The notes: generated by a model not told the origin, from the sequence alone. DNA of 64,000 nt from Cyanophora paradoxa CCMP329 (GCA_004431415.1 QPMI01000416.1:744001-808000), one strand, 5' to 3'. Shown: positions 12,903-26,095, numbered from the stretch's first letter. Numbers and translations are program-made.

Positions 12903-13092
12903 CTATCGCAGCGCCCCGCCCCCTTCGGGAGGGGAAGAGATATGATTGCCCTGGCTGGCGAGCACCGAGGGGCGAGTTTCCGAGCCGGTGTGCATTTGAA
13001 GAGGGACACAGGCGGGCACGGGCTGAGGGATGAGGGGGCGGGCCTAGGGGATCCGCCCGCCCGGGCCGGGGCTGCCGGAGCGGATCTAGCGC

Positions 13093-14294
13093 CTACTTGG
13101 TCTGAATGACGGCGTCGATGATGCCGTACTCCTTCGACTCCTGGGCCGACATGAAGTAGTCGCGCTCCAGGTCCGCGGCGAGCTTCTCGTACGTCTGCAC
13201 GGGACGGCGGCGTCGGCGCTGGAGCGGGCGGGACGGCCGGCGCGGGCGAGCGGGCCCGTCGCACCTGGCCGGTGGCCTCGGCGTAGAGCTGCGTGAGCCG
13301 GTCGCGCACGCGCAGGATCTGCATCGTCTCGATCTCGATGTCGGTCGCCTGCGGCAGGGTCAGCGCAGCGGCGGGGCGCAGCGGGGACGGGGCGAGCTGC
13401 AGCGCACCTGGCCGCGGGCGCCGCCCGAGGGCTGATGGATCATAATGCGCGAGTGGGGCAGCGCGAAGCGCTTGCCTTGGCTGCCGCCGGCGAGCAGGAA
13501 GGAACCCATCGACGCGGCGAGGCCAACGCAGACCGTGACGACGCCAGCCTTGATGTGGCACATGGTATCGTACATGGCGAGGCCGGACGTGACGACACCT
13601 GCGCACGACTGAGCTGCCACGCCGCTGGAAAAGGAACGCGAACAGCCGCCGCACCGCCGGGGGAGTTGATGTACAGGTAGATGTCCTTGTTGGGGTCATC
13701 GGAGTCGAGGTAAAGGAACACGGCGATGATCTGGTTCGAGATCTCATCGTCAACCTCCTGGCCGAGGAAGATGATGCGCTCGCGGTACAGGCGGTTGTAG
13801 ATATCGATCCACTGCTCCTCAGTCTGACCAGGCATCTTGTACGGCACCTGCGGGAGCGCTCAGAAGGGCCCCGGCGGCGCGGGTAGACCGGCGGCCAAAC
13901 GCGCTGCGGCCCATAACCAGGTGCACGCGGCGGACCTTGGGCACGCCGATGGGCATCATGATCCAGCGGCCGCCGTTCTGGTACTGCTCCTCAACGCTCG
14001 ACTCGTCCCCCGACGCCGCCGGCACGAAAAATCCCAGCTGCCGACCACCATTGAAGAACGCCTTCTCCGGCGTGCTGCGGCCCAACAAAGCTAAGCGACG
14101 GCATCGCAAACGAAGCCGCGCGAGGGCGAGACTGACCGGACTTCGAACTTCGCTGGGGTCAGCGCGGCAGGCGACGCCGAAAAGACTGTGGAGCTGCTGG
14201 CAACGGGGCGGCGCTCCGAGGAGCACGTCGCCGATGTGCGGGAGACGCCCCGGGACCGCAGGGGCGCGGGGAGAGACGCGACGAACGAGGCCAT
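13093..14294 (-). CDS. clpP: Plastid-targeted ATP-dependent Clp protease proteolytic subunit
   Basis: Presequence [12 protein letters not shown]..., then [37 protein letters not shown]...YINSPGG...[11 protein letters not shown]...RIMIHQP...GQATDI...[18 protein letters not shown]. The Ser-His-Asp triad is present. Confidence 0.96.
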
Positions 14295-14592
14295 GTTTTC
14301 TGGGGGTACAGCTCTCGCCGGCGAGTCGGCGTCGGCGCTTCGTACGCGTCGGGCAGCCCTCGGAATACCGCCGTTGCGTTCAGAAGCGCGCGTATTGTGA
14401 TCTGGAGCTCGTCTACCGCTGGCCCGTCCCTGCCGCCTTTCCGCCCTCTCCCCGGCGAGAGGCCGGCACAGCCCGGCAGCCGCTTCGCGTTGCAGCCAAT
14501 GCCACTTTTCTAGCGCTGCGCACTAGCGTACGGAGATTCGCGACGTCCGCGGGACCACATTCTCGGCTCGGGCGACCTGCCCGCTACAGTAG

Positions 14593-17543
14593 ATGCTGAA
14601 GAAGCTGCGGCGTAAGCTCCACCTCAGCCGAGGCAGCCGAGACGGACACGGCGCTCTGCAACTCCTCGACCAAGATGCGGACGACGTATGTCTCGCGGCG
14701 ATCAAGATCCAGCGCTTCTGGCGCGCGTATCGAGAGCGTCGCGACTCGCGGAAGTCCAGCACCCTCGCCTGGGCTCGATGGCGCCTTTTGATCGACCTCG
14801 TAGATGAGAGGTCCGCCCCGCAAGCTTGCATTCCGCCGTCCCCCGCACCGTTTCCGATCGTGCGTGCTCGCGGCAGATGGCTATCGAACCAGCGGCGGCC
14901 GGGCACCGTCCCCGCGGGGTCGTCCGCGCGGTTGCTGCTGGCGCCGCCGGCCCCTACTCGGAGCTGCCGCTCCCTGAGCCCGCTGCCGCGCTCCTCCTCG
15001 GATCAGCCCAGTCCGCGAAGGAAAGCGTCCAGGGACGACCTGGTCGCCGTCCTGGAGCGGTGCCTGGGGCGCGGCGCCGTCCCCGCCCCGGCGCCGCTGA
15101 CCCGCCGCTCCGGATCCGCTCCGCAGGGGGATGCGGAACCTCTTCGGCTCGGCGCCGCCGGCGGAGCGCCCGTTCGGGACACCCCCGGCGGGGCCGTCGT
15201 CCTCGGCGGCGGCGCGGCGGGCCATACAGGGGGAGGACCTCGAGATCCTGGAGCAGCTGGGAGACGGCGACACGGGCAAGGTCTTCCTCGTACGCCTGCG
15301 CGGCACCAGCCAGCTGTACGCCCTCAAGACCGTCAGCAAGAAGAAGGCCCAGGACGAGAGCAAGGTCCCCGCCGCCGCCCCGGATACGATGTACCCCGCC
15401 GACCCGCCTTCCCCCCCCCCCCCCCCCCACCCCAGGTGACCCGCATCCTGATCGAGAGGGAGATTCTCGAGCTCGCCGATCACCCCTTCGTCATCCGCCT
15501 CGAGGCCGGTGCGCTGGACACGTAACCCCCGCCCCAGTGGAGCCCCCTGCCGGCACCACTGAACCGGGGCGCTTGTACCCCGGCAGCCTTCCAAAACGAG
15601 GAGTACCTGTTCCTCGTTCTAGAGTACTGCAGCGGCGGCGACCTCTTCACCCGCCTCCAGTCTCTCCCCTTCAAGTTCCTTCCTGGTACCCCCCCTTTGT
15701 TTCCTTTTCCTTCCTTTTCCTTCCTCTCCTCCTGATCCCTGACACCCCACGTCAGAGAAAGACGCGCAGTTCTACGCCGCTGAGATCCTGCTCGCCCTCG
15801 AGTACCTCCACATGCGCGTACCCGTCGGCCTTTTCCCGTGCCCACATACCTTCCCTCTGTGACCCAGACGGCGCAGGATGGGATACGTGTACCGGGGTCC
15901 GACCGCTACACAGATCCGATCTCCAGTACCCCCTGAGCCGAGCTGATCCTCAGCCCCGCAGATTTGAAGCCGGAGAACATCCTCTTGTCCCACGCCGGCC
16001 ACATCAAGTGAGCCCTCGCATTGGTCCCATCCACTCCTTCCGTCGCCAGCTGAACGCTCTTCTAGGCTAGCCGACTTCGATCTTGCGGCGCGGTCATCGA
16101 TACCCCAGGCCCAACTCGTCCGCCGCCGCCGCCGCTTAAAGAAGGTACCCCGCGTACCGCGTACCCCCCTCCGCCGCGTGGACGCCGATACCCCCCCCCC
16201 CCCCAGAAGGCGGCCGGGGGTATCGTGGACATCCAACCGCGGGACCGCTTCAACTCGCGGGTGGGGACGGTGGGGTACGCGGCCCCCGAGGTCCTGAAGG
16301 AGGCGGGCCACACCTCCGCAGTCGACTGGTGGACCTTCGGCGTCCTCCTCCACGAGATGCTGGTATCCCCCTCCGCTGATCTCCGTACCCCGGATTCGAT
16401 CCGATCCGAGCGCCTCCCAGTTCGGACGGCTGCCCTTCACGGGTTCGGCCCAACAACAGCTCCTCCAAATCATGTCCGGCTCCGTCTCCTTCCCCGAATT
16501 CCCCCAGGCCCGTCCCGTACCCCCCTGGCCCACTCAGTGTACCCCTGACCGACTTTGGGCGGACGCGCGCAGGTCTCGTCTGCGGCCAAGCACCTCATCA
16601 AAAAGCTCCTCTCCCCAAACCCTAAGAAGCGCCTCGGCAGCAAGGCGCGCGCGTACCCCCCTAGTCTATCGTTCTCCCTACCCTGAGTAACCTGTACCCG
16701 TAGCACGGGGCGGCCGATATCCGGCAGCACCCGTTCTTCGGCGGCGTCAACTGGGCCCGTGCGCCTACCCCCGGGCCCCATGAGCCGTACCCTCGTTGAT
16801 TGACCCCGCCGCAGTCATTCGGAACCAGAATCCACCCTGGCAGCCCCCCGAGAAACCCCTACCCCGCGCCCCAATGGTACGGCACCACCCAACGGCCGCC
16901 CCGCGCCGCCGTCCTCCGACCCCTCGTAGCCCGGGCAGGCTCTTGCCCTCTTCGGTCCCTCGCGGCGCCCCTCGGGTCTACCCCCCACCGCCTCGTACCC
17001 CGCAGCCTCCGCCTCTGCCCGCATCCGCGCCACCGACCTCCGCCGCCCCCCCGACCCCTGCGGGTGCGTACCCCCGTCGCGCCTCGCCTCCCCCATGCCC
17101 CCTGCGAGCGGCGCGGCGCGGCGCAGGGGCACCCGCCGCCTGAACCCCTTTCTGGACGAGCACATGGCGGGGCTCACGCTGCAGGCCCCCGGGCCGCCCG
17201 GGCCGGGGCCGGGGCCGGGGCCGGGTACGGGCGTCAGCACCTCGGGCAGCTCCGAGGAGGGCGAGGAGGAGGACGAGGGCGCCTCATCTGAGAGCGCCTC
17301 GGAGGCGACCGAGACGCCCCCGCCCCCCGCCCCCGCGTGCGTACCCGCCCCCCCGCCCCCCCTCCAGAACGCGGCGCTTTCCTTCTAATGCGGTGCAGGG
17401 CGGCTGGGGCGGCGGTGCGGGGCCGGCCGGTGGACCCCCGTAACCCTTTCGCCGGCTTCGAGCTGGTTCGGGCGCTGTCGCCCCCGAGCGCGTACCCCGA
17501 CGTGCCCCCCACCCACCACTCCCGCCTCTTCACCTCCTTCTGA
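14593..17543 (+). CDS. AGC-family Ser/Thr kinase (AGCVIII/phototropin/KIN82-like kinase domain) with N-terminal IQ motif
   Basis: [42 protein letters not shown] (DFD signature), [23 protein letters not shown] and C-terminal FTSF* (FxxF). IQ motif [16 protein letters not shown] near the start. Confidence 0.9.
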
Positions 17544-17815
17544 GCCTGAGCCGCCCTCCCCCTGTCCCTAGCCCCTCGTCTCCCGCTGCCCTCCCCGTTG
17601 TCCGTAGTCTCTCGTCCCCCGCGCCTGCCGTCTTCTTCAGCCCGCCTGCTGGTAGTGTCCGCTCTAGTGAAAGCGCTCTAGATCTAGTACTAGCTAGTGT
17701 CCCTGCTTCGGCGATGTGTACAGCTGAGGTTCCGGTTCAAGGTTCTGCAAACTGCTAGCTATTGTGGGTGCTGGGCGGGGCGTCGCCGAGGGCCGCGCGC
17801 TTCGACAGACCGGCG

Positions 17816-20407
17816 CTACAGGCCGGGCTCGACGGCCCAAGCGGAGAGCTCCGCGCCGGGGAACCTGCCCCTCCCCGCGTGACTCACGCCGGCGCGCGAG
17901 GGTCGCTGCGCGGGGCAGGGGTACGCGCGCGCACCAGCCGGAGAGGACCGAGCGCGCGTAGGCGGCCAGGCCCGCGCTCGCGGCCCCAATGTTGATCTGC
18001 GGGGAGGGACCTCGGGAGGCGGCGGGGGCCGCTGAGGAGAGGAGGGGTACCTTGAGGTTCAGGGAGGGGGGCAGCTTCGACGCGAACGGCGCGTACCCCA
18101 CCAGGTCGCCCTCCCCCTCCATCCCGTGGCTGCCGACGGTAGGCTTCAGATCTCTGCGGGCCGCGGCGCTGAGGGCCACCGGCCGGCTGGCTTCCGGGTC
18201 ACCTGAACGTGACGCGACCGAGGCTGGGGCAGGCCGCACACGCCGCGAGCTCCCGCGCCCCCGGCGGCCGCCGCGCGTACACGTCGTACCTGCCGCCCGC
18301 GCGCCCTCAGCGAGCGGCGCCGAGCGCGGGGTGGCGGGGGTAGGCGCGCCGGAGCTCGGAGAGTGTACCCCCGGCCACCTGGATCAAGTCCGCGAGGGCC
18401 TCCGACGCGACGTCCGCCTCCACGCCCCCCGAGTCGCTGGCGGGCGGGGGGGGGGGGGGGGGGGGGGACGTGATTCGAGGGGTGGGGGTACGGGCTCGTA
18501 GCCGCGGGCGCACCTCGTGCCGAGGCGTCCGGCCAGGACGATGGCAACGAAGCGCAGCTTGGGATCCGGGCGGGCGAGCATCTAATGGGGGGTACGTCGG
18601 CGGCCGCCGGGCGGGCGCTCGGGGACGCGCGTACCCCCTCGATCGCGAAGGAGAGGGCCCGAAAGACGGACGCGCCGCCGTCCGACTCCGGGCGCACCTG
18701 GGGCGGGGCGGGGGTGAGGACACGGGGGGGAGAATGCGAGGGGCGGGGGGGGGGGGGGAGAGGCAGGGGTGCCTGGACGAAGGCGAGGAGGGAGCAGAGG
18801 CGGGGTACGCGTGCAAAGGCGGCGGCGCGGCGGGCGTCGAGCTCGACGAGCGGCAGCGAGAGCTGCGCCAGGCGCGGCAGCGAGGCGATGGCCTCCAGCC
18901 CGACCAGCGAGATGCGCCCGAAGCCTGCCGCGGCCGTGAGGCGCGGGGGGGGGGGGGGGGGGGGGGGGGGGGGTGCGCGCACAGGCGGCGGAGATGCAAG
19001 CGATGGAGCGGCCGGCGGGCCCCGCGGCGAGCGCGGCGAATCCAGGGCCCGTCTCCTCCACCACTGCCTCCGCCTCCTCCCCTGGGCTGCGGGGGGTAAG
19101 CGAAAGAAAGGGGTGGACGGGTACGGGTGCGGCGGGGGCGGACAGGGAGCCGATGGCGAGGTCCTCGAGGTGGGCGAGCTGACCGATGGCCGCGAGGGTC
19201 GCCCCGCAGCCGCGCGCCGCCAGCGTCGCGCCCAGGGCGGCCAGGCGGGGTACAGCGCCCGCGAGCCCCCGCGCCTGCTCCGGCCCCAGCGCCATGGTGC
19301 GCGGGGGGTACAGCTCCCGAAGCGAGGGCCCGAGCGCTTCTGCGGCCGACTCGGGCGGGGGCGGGGGTGTGGAGGGCGGGCGGGGGGGTACAGGGCACCG
19401 AAGGCGGCGGACCAACGCGCCTCGGGGCGGGCGGCGGAGACGAACTGGTCGCCGTCCGTCCCGTACACGAGCGAGGCGTCGATGCTCTCCAGACGCTGCG
19501 GGCCGCTCGTTCAGCACAGCCCGCGGCGGGCGGTGGAGGGGCGGGGCGGGCGGGGCGGGCCTGGCACGGGGCGAGGGCGATGGCGGCCCGAAGGAAGATG
19601 TCCTCCGTCGTCGTCCCCGCGTCCCGAAAGGCGTCGGGATTCAGTACCCCCAGGGTGTTCTGTCCCCGCGCGTCGACGTCAGCGGGGCGCGGGGCGAAGC
19701 GGAGTGAACGGGGCGGGCCAGGAAGGTGGCCGCGGGCCAGGCGTTGCTGACGGCGAGGCGGACGGAGACGAGGGAGGCGGCGGAGGCGCGGGCGGCGGAG
19801 GCGAGGAGGCCGACGAGGCCGTGCGCGGCGAGCAGGAGCTCCCGGCCGTGCGCGAGGACGACCTGCAGGCCCATGCCCGGGCCGCCGTCCGCCTCCTCCT
19901 CCGGCGGGCCGCGGAGCTCGACGGCGAGGGAGGCCTGCGGGCCGATGAGCCCGCGGTCGATCGCCCGCCGCCAGAACTGCATGCTCCGCCGCCAGGGGCG
20001 CTGCCGAGCCGCGTCGGCTAAGCCCAGCGCGTGGCTGCGGTGCGTCGCGCTCGCACCCGCGGCGCGTCCTCGTCGTCCGTCGGCATACGCAGCAGAGGGC
20101 CGGCCAGGTTGAGCGGGCCCTCGCCCGTGTCAAATACCAGCGAGATCTGGTCCCACTGCACGCCAGGGACGAGGTCGCTGCTCCGCGTTCAGGAAGCGCC
20201 GGTGCCCAGTGATCCGCCGCGGACGCACCGAAAGCGACCGCAAACGGCGGGCAGGTGTCTGAGCGCCTCGAAGGGGTCGACGAAGGCGAAGACTCGCCGA
20301 ACGACGTCGTCGGGCATCGCATCGAACGGATTGCAGGCTGCCGCTGCAGCACTCGCGGCGCCGGCGGCGGCGGCGGATTCGCGCCGCTGACGCTTCTGCC
20401 CCCCCAT
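17816..20407 (-). CDS. F-box/LRR-like protein (multi-exon)
   Basis: NPFDAMPDDVVRRVFAFVDPFEALRHLPAVCGRFR, followed by LRR-like exons (LAHLEDLAIGSL, IASLPRLAQLSL). The last exon ends ...WAVEPGL* at 17816. Confidence 0.8.
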
Positions 20408-20622
20408 TAATTATGTTCTCGCTGCAGTACTAACGTTGACTCCGGTTCTTGGTCCAGCCGGCGCCCGCTGCCCGCAGCAGAGACGGGTACCCGGCTCTGC
20501 AGCGCCTTCGTTTTGCCGAAGCTGCGCCTGCCCGTTGTTCTGCTGCCAGCAATATTGGAAGGATCGCCCTGAGCGCACTGCAGGCACCCGGTTGCGCGTT
20601 CGCCAGGCCGGCCTCGAGCAGG

Positions 20623-21351
20623 ATGGCGCGTTGCGCCGGCAAGCAGCAGGTGTCGAGGTTGAGGTTGATGCTGGCGGCGCTCCTGTGCGTGCAGCTGCAG
20701 GCGGCGTCCGCGCGGTTCTTGGAGAAGAGCGGTGGCCCGCGGCGCCCGCAGCTGGACCCAGCGCTTCGCGGCCCGCACCCCGCCATCGAGCCCGACGAGC
20801 TCGTGCGCCCCCTCCCGCGCACGCAGTTCGCCGGCCGCGGCGCGTATCCGACGGGCTCGCCCCGCAGGAGCGCCTGATCGGCCAGGAGGCGCTCGCGAAG
20901 TTCGTCCTGGACGACGGGGAGTGGACGCGCGCCGCGCGGCAGCTCGCCGGCGAGGAGGCCGGCCTCCTCTACATCGTCGTCTTCTCGCACGCGTCGTACT
21001 CCTACCTGGACTCGCGCTGGGCCGGCGCCGAGGGCGTGCGCCCCGCGCCTCTCCCGCCCCGCGCTCCTTCCCGCGAATCGAATCGATCGAATCCGAACGC
21101 GCGCGGGCGCGCATGCGCAGGTGCGGGACGGCTCGCTGGTCTCGAAGGCGTACGCGGAGCTGCTCCTGAACCTGCTCGCCTCGCTCCGCGCCGCCGGCGT
21201 CGACCGGTACCTCGTGGTCGTCCCCGACGCCGCCTCCCGGGCCGCCCTGGAGGCCGCCGCCCCGGACTCGGCCCCAGGGCACGTCGCCGTCGAGCCCTCC
21301 TTCACCTCCAACGCACTCGACTTCAACTCCCAGTGCGGCTCCTTAAGCTCG

Positions 21352-21383
<32 letters not shown>

Positions 21384-23225
21384 CCTCCGCCTTCGCCCCG
21401 AGCGTCCAGAGCGCCACTGACCGGCCCCCGCGCCCCGCGCCCAAGGCTCTTCCTCAAGCCGCTCTTCGCGATGAACGCGGCGGCGCGGGGGTACCACGCC
21501 GTCCTCGTCGACGCCGACGTCGCATTCCTCTCGGACCCGACGCCCGCGCTCCTCGCCGCCGCCGCCGCCGGGCCCTTCGACTTCCAGGCCATGACCGACT
21601 CCTCCGTCCAGGCTCGTTTGACGTACCCCCAAGCCCGCGGTTTCACTGTACCCCCTGACGCCCTCCTCCCAGGAGCTCTGGCACAGCTCCGAGCTCAACA
21701 CGGGCTTCCTCCACGTATCCCCCACCCCCGCCGCCGTCACATTCCTCGCCTCCGTGCGCGTACCCCTTTTTGGATCCCCCTCTCGAGTTCACGCTTCAAC
21801 CCACACAGCTCCTCATCGAGGCCGAGCGCCGCGCGGTCCCGTACCCCGGCGGCCCCGAGTTCTCCGACCAGATGCTCTTCAATGAGGTACCCTCCGGTAC
21901 CCCTTTCCTTCACTTCCCGGCCCGATGGCCCCGCGCCAGATGCTTTCTGCGGTACCCCCCGTGGTCTCCTACGCCGGGGGCGCCCCCCCGCGCCCCCCCG
22001 TCGCGGCTAACGTCCTCGATTTCGACCTCTTCGCCAACGGTGCCCCTTCCCGCCCACGTCCCGTGCCCCCTCCCCCGCCTCGCCTTAGCGGACGGGGCAG
22101 GGGCTGGATTCTTCCTGCGGCGGGCGGGTGAGAAGCGGGGCGCGCGGGCGCTGGTCGTGCACTGCAACTGGGTCTCCTTCGGCGCCAAGGTCCGTGCCAC
22201 GGTCCTTGTCCAGGGCGCCGAGGCCAGAGGGGCCTCCGCCCGCTCGCCCGCCTCCGCCTCCGCGGGCGCTTCTAGCGATGCGCTCTCTGCCGCCTCCGCC
22301 GGAGGGCTCACCGCCCGCCCGCCGCCCGGCCTCCGCGGGCGCGACCTCCGCTGCGCTCTCCGCCGCCGTTCTCACCGTCTTCCGCAGGCCCTGGCCCTGC
22401 AGGAGCGGGGTCTCTGGCGGCGGCCCCTCCCCGCGGCCCGCTGGCTCTCCTTCGAGCCGCCCCCGCCCGGCTCGCCCCTCTCCGCCCTCCTCGCCGCCAT
22501 CCGCGCCGCCGCCGCCCTCGCCAAGGTCACGAGGCTCACGAGGGATCGCCGCCCCGCTGACTTGGGCGCGCGCAGGCCTCGGGGCGGGGCCTGGCGCTGC
22601 CGGAGGTGCCGTGCGAGCACAACCCGCTGGCGGGGCCCCTCGGCCTCGGGGAGGGCGGCCTCTGCCCCCTCGCTGCCGTCCTCGAGCCCGAGTTCGTGCC
22701 GGGCCACCTGTACCCCGCCCTGCCCGTCGCCGCCGCCGCCGCCGCGCCGGCCCCGCCCGCCGTCCTCCGCCTCCAGCGCGCCATGGCCCACGCCGAGCTG
22801 GACGAAGCCCTCCGCGCCCTCGAGGCCGCCCCGCACGTCCTCGTGAGGGGCCTCCACGAGTACCCCCCCGAGCCGGGGCAGGGGTACGCCGGCGACGCCG
22901 ACCTGGGCGCCCGCCTCTCCCGGGCGCTCCAGTGCGCCCCGGGCAACTGGGCCGCCGAGCTCCGGTCCGCCCGCGCGACTGCGGGCGGCGCACCCCTGTA
23001 CCCCGGCTTGAACGCGTACCCCGCAGGAAGCTGACGGGGGCGGCGCGCCCCGCGGAGCACTGGCCCTGGGCGCCCGATTGCGCGCCGCGGCCGCACGCGC
23101 CGCCGCCGCCCCTGGCGACGCCGGCGGCCCCCTACTGGTGCCGCCCCGTGTGCGACCCGGGGGCACTGGGCCCCTCGGGAGGCGGCATCCACGCCGTCGA
23201 CCAGCGGCCAGACCTCTGGTGGTAG
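20623..23225 (+). CDS. Nucleotide-diphospho-sugar transferase (GT77-like) with signal peptide
   Basis: Signal/anchor LRLMLAALLCVQLQAASA, then YAELLLNLLASLRAAGVDRYLVV, KPLFAMNAAARGYHAVLVDADVAFLSDP, ELNTGFLHV, SDQMLFNE and LVVHCNWV. Confidence 0.85.
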
Positions 23226-23860
23226 CAGCCCCCCCGGGGCAACTCAGTATGCAGTCTACCCCAAGCTTTGCTTGCGCCGAGCTTGGTATTTCCTGCACTC
23301 GAATTCGATTTCTCAGTCTAGCTATAGCTCGACGACACAACACGCGCGCTCGCTACGAGCGCGCCACAGCAACTCACGAATCGCGAAATCGATCGCAACG
23401 ACAGCGTTCTTCTTTTTCCGAACCCTATCCTGTAAAACGCAATGGGACGCTCATCTAAGCCGATTCTACGAAGCGGAAATCTACAGCCCAACGCCCTACA
23501 GACTCAAACATAGCGAACTCAACATGATCCCATGTCGACCCTTGCATACGAAGCTCCTACGAAAATTCTTCGATGTACATCATCGGATGCACAGGCGAGC
23601 CGACAGCACGTAACAGCTGCCCCCAAAATCAGCCCTGGCCCCCAAAACACGGGCAGAATGCTGATACTATGACACAAGAGAGAAGCCGAGAGGGGCCAGG
23701 GGAGACGAGCCCCGGAGAGCCTCGGAGGCTCGAAAATGGAAAGTAAAGTAAAGTAAATTCGAAAGTCCCCGATCATACAGATCCCTAGAAAGGATGCATA
23801 CCAGTACGTACTAGATAATACGGATGAATAAATGCTAGCGAAAATACGGACGAATGCCGA

Positions 23861-24008
23861 CTAGTTATCGCCGCCGAGGGCGTGGCGGGCGGCGGCGGCG
23901 CCGGCGGCGGCGGCGGCGCGGCGGAGGCCGAAGCGATTGGCGGCGGCGCGGCGCTGGAGGGAGGAGGATGGGCAGAGCTCGTAGCGATCCCTCTGCTCCT
24001 CCGCCGCC

Positions 24009-24056
<48 letters not shown>

Positions 24057-25535
24057 TCGGAGCCGGAGTCAGAGCCGGAGCTGGCGGCCGGGCTGGCGCT
24101 TGCCGGCCGCGGTGCCGGCGCCGGGGAGGGGTACGAGCTCGGCGACCCCGAGAAGGAGGCGGCGGGGCGGGCGGAGAAGGAGATGGGGCACGCGGCGGCG
24201 GCGCTGCCGAGCGCCATCACGGACTCTTCGGTGACCTCTGCGGGGCGGGCGTCAGAGGCCGGCTCCACGGCTCCGCGCGCGCGGCCCGCGGCGGCGGACC
24301 GTGGGAGGAGCAGAGGCGGCGCCCGTTGAGGACCGGGTCGAAGACGGTGATCGCGTCCATGAGACGCCAGAGAAAGTCGAGAGCGCGGAAGGACTGGCGC
24401 TGGACCTGGACCTCCAGCTCCTGCCGCGAGGCCGGGATGGGGCTGCCCCCCGCCAGCACTTGCGCCACGCAGATCTGCGCATGCCGCCCGGGACCGTCAG
24501 CCGCGCCAGGAAAAAAAGCCGAAATGAAAGAACGCGCCTGCACGAGGCTGTCGGCGAATCGGCGCCGGGCCACGTGCGACTTGCCCTCGCGATCAAATTC
24601 CCAGTCGCGCTTAGCCTTCTCCGCCGCGGCCACAGCGTCGAAGGGCGCCGGGAGGAGGACGCGCTGGATCAGCAGGTGGGACCTGCACCGAGAAAATCGA
24701 ATTCCCGTCGGAACCGAAGCTGTGCGCGCGGGATGGCCCGGCAGGCCGAGGGGGGAGGGCCCGGCAGGCCGAGGGCGAACCTGGTATATCGGTCGAAGCA
24801 CAAGTATTCCGGCTCCGGTCCCGCGTTGGCGGCGCGGGGCGCGTGGATCGCGTTCCAAATCTACGGACGGGCGGCCCCGCGTGAGGCCCGCGGGTGGGGT
24901 GGCCGAGCGGCCGTGGGGCGACGGACCAGGCCCACGACTTTGGTCACGGACGGGGTGGCGGCGAAGCGGCGGCGGAGATAGCGGGCGTAGGTCGCGGCCG
25001 ACGACGGCAGGGACGGCGACTCCGGTCGCGGGGAGGCTCCGGCCGATTGGACGTGCGAGTGAAGCGGCGGGAGCCGCGCGAGGGCGGCGGCCGAGGGCGC
25101 GAGCGGCCGGCCGGACGGTGAGGTGCCGGGTGAGGAAGAGGAGGAGGAGGAGAAGGTGCCTATCGAAGTCCAACTGGAGCGCGGGGTGGAGGATTGGGAG
25201 AGGGGCCCCGGGCTCGCGCTGCCCGACCCAGCGGAATCCTCGTCCTCGGTCGTCTCCAGTCCAATGCTCCCGAATGACTGCATCCGCAGCCGGGCGATCT
25301 GGGGCGCCAGCTCGGCAATCCGCGCCGCTGCCTCCCCGAGCGCGGCATTCTCCTCGGGCCGCCAAACTTTGCTGCGCGGCCGGGACGGCGGAGGCGACGG
25401 GAGGTATTGTGAATCCTGTTCCCGCGGAGGCGGGCCAGGGGCGTCCGCCGCGGCGACCGCTGTCTCCGACGCCGGCTCCAGGGGCTCGGGCGACACCCGC
25501 TTTGGCCGCAGGCCAAGCCGTTGAAAGATTCCCAT
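23861..25535 (-). CDS. Hypothetical Ser/Pro-rich protein with a short globular core
   Basis: Starts MGIFQRLG. Spliced core HLLIQRVLLPAPFDAVAAAEKAKRDWEFDREGKSHVARRRFADSLVQICVAQ...ALDFLWRLMDAIT. (GS)n tail encoded by (cccgag)n at ~24015-24055. Confidence 0.6.
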
Positions 25536-25549
25536 AGTTTCTGCTGCTG

Positions 25550-25900
25550 CGCAAGCCGCTGAGCTCGCAGACAGCTGCGTTACGGTTGCTGTCGCGCCAC
25601 GGTTACGCGTATACGTACGGCGCCGCCGGGCCGCTGCAGCTGATGATTGCGAGCGACGACGTCGACCTGCGCTAATGCGCTAGCCTAAAGCTGCTTCCGC
25701 TGATCGTGACTAGTACACGTATATACTATGATACTGCTTCGAATTCTGGTCGCCCCGGCCCCGGCCGCGGGCCCCGCGCGCGCGCGCGCGCCGCGGGCAG
25801 CGCCGGCGCGGGCACGCCGGGCACGGCCAGCGGCGCCAGCGCTATAGCTAGCCGGCCCGGCGCCATGCGCCAGCGCGGCGTTTAAACGTTTCAAGCCGCG
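25550..25900. repeat. Palindrome-saturated intergenic block 3
   Basis: tacgcgtatacgtacg (25604), ctgcagctg, gacgtcgac, actagtac, ttcgaattc, (cg)n, agcgctatagctagccggc, cgtttaaacgttt. Confidence 0.85.
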
Positions 25901-26058
25901 TTTGACTCCTAAAAATTGGCATGGTCACGTGGAGTGCTTACAATGCTATCGATCATTGTGACGTTGACTCTGGGATTGCTAGCCGGAGGGTTCCAGCCTC
26001 TGCGGAGCATGAATCCTTCTTTTTGCACTGCCATTGTTTGCAGAGGCCCGCTAGCGCT

Positions 26059-26095
26059 TTTTTTTTTTTGGTGAATTACCGGCCACAGCCTCTAG
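26059..26095 (-). mobile_element. 26-nt poly(A)-tailed insertion, copy 1 (CTAGAGGCTGTGGCCGGTAATTCACC-A11), 9-bp TSD
   Basis: Flanked by the direct repeat gctagcgct (26050-26058 and 26096-26104). The core is identical to the copy at 38614. Confidence 0.8.
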
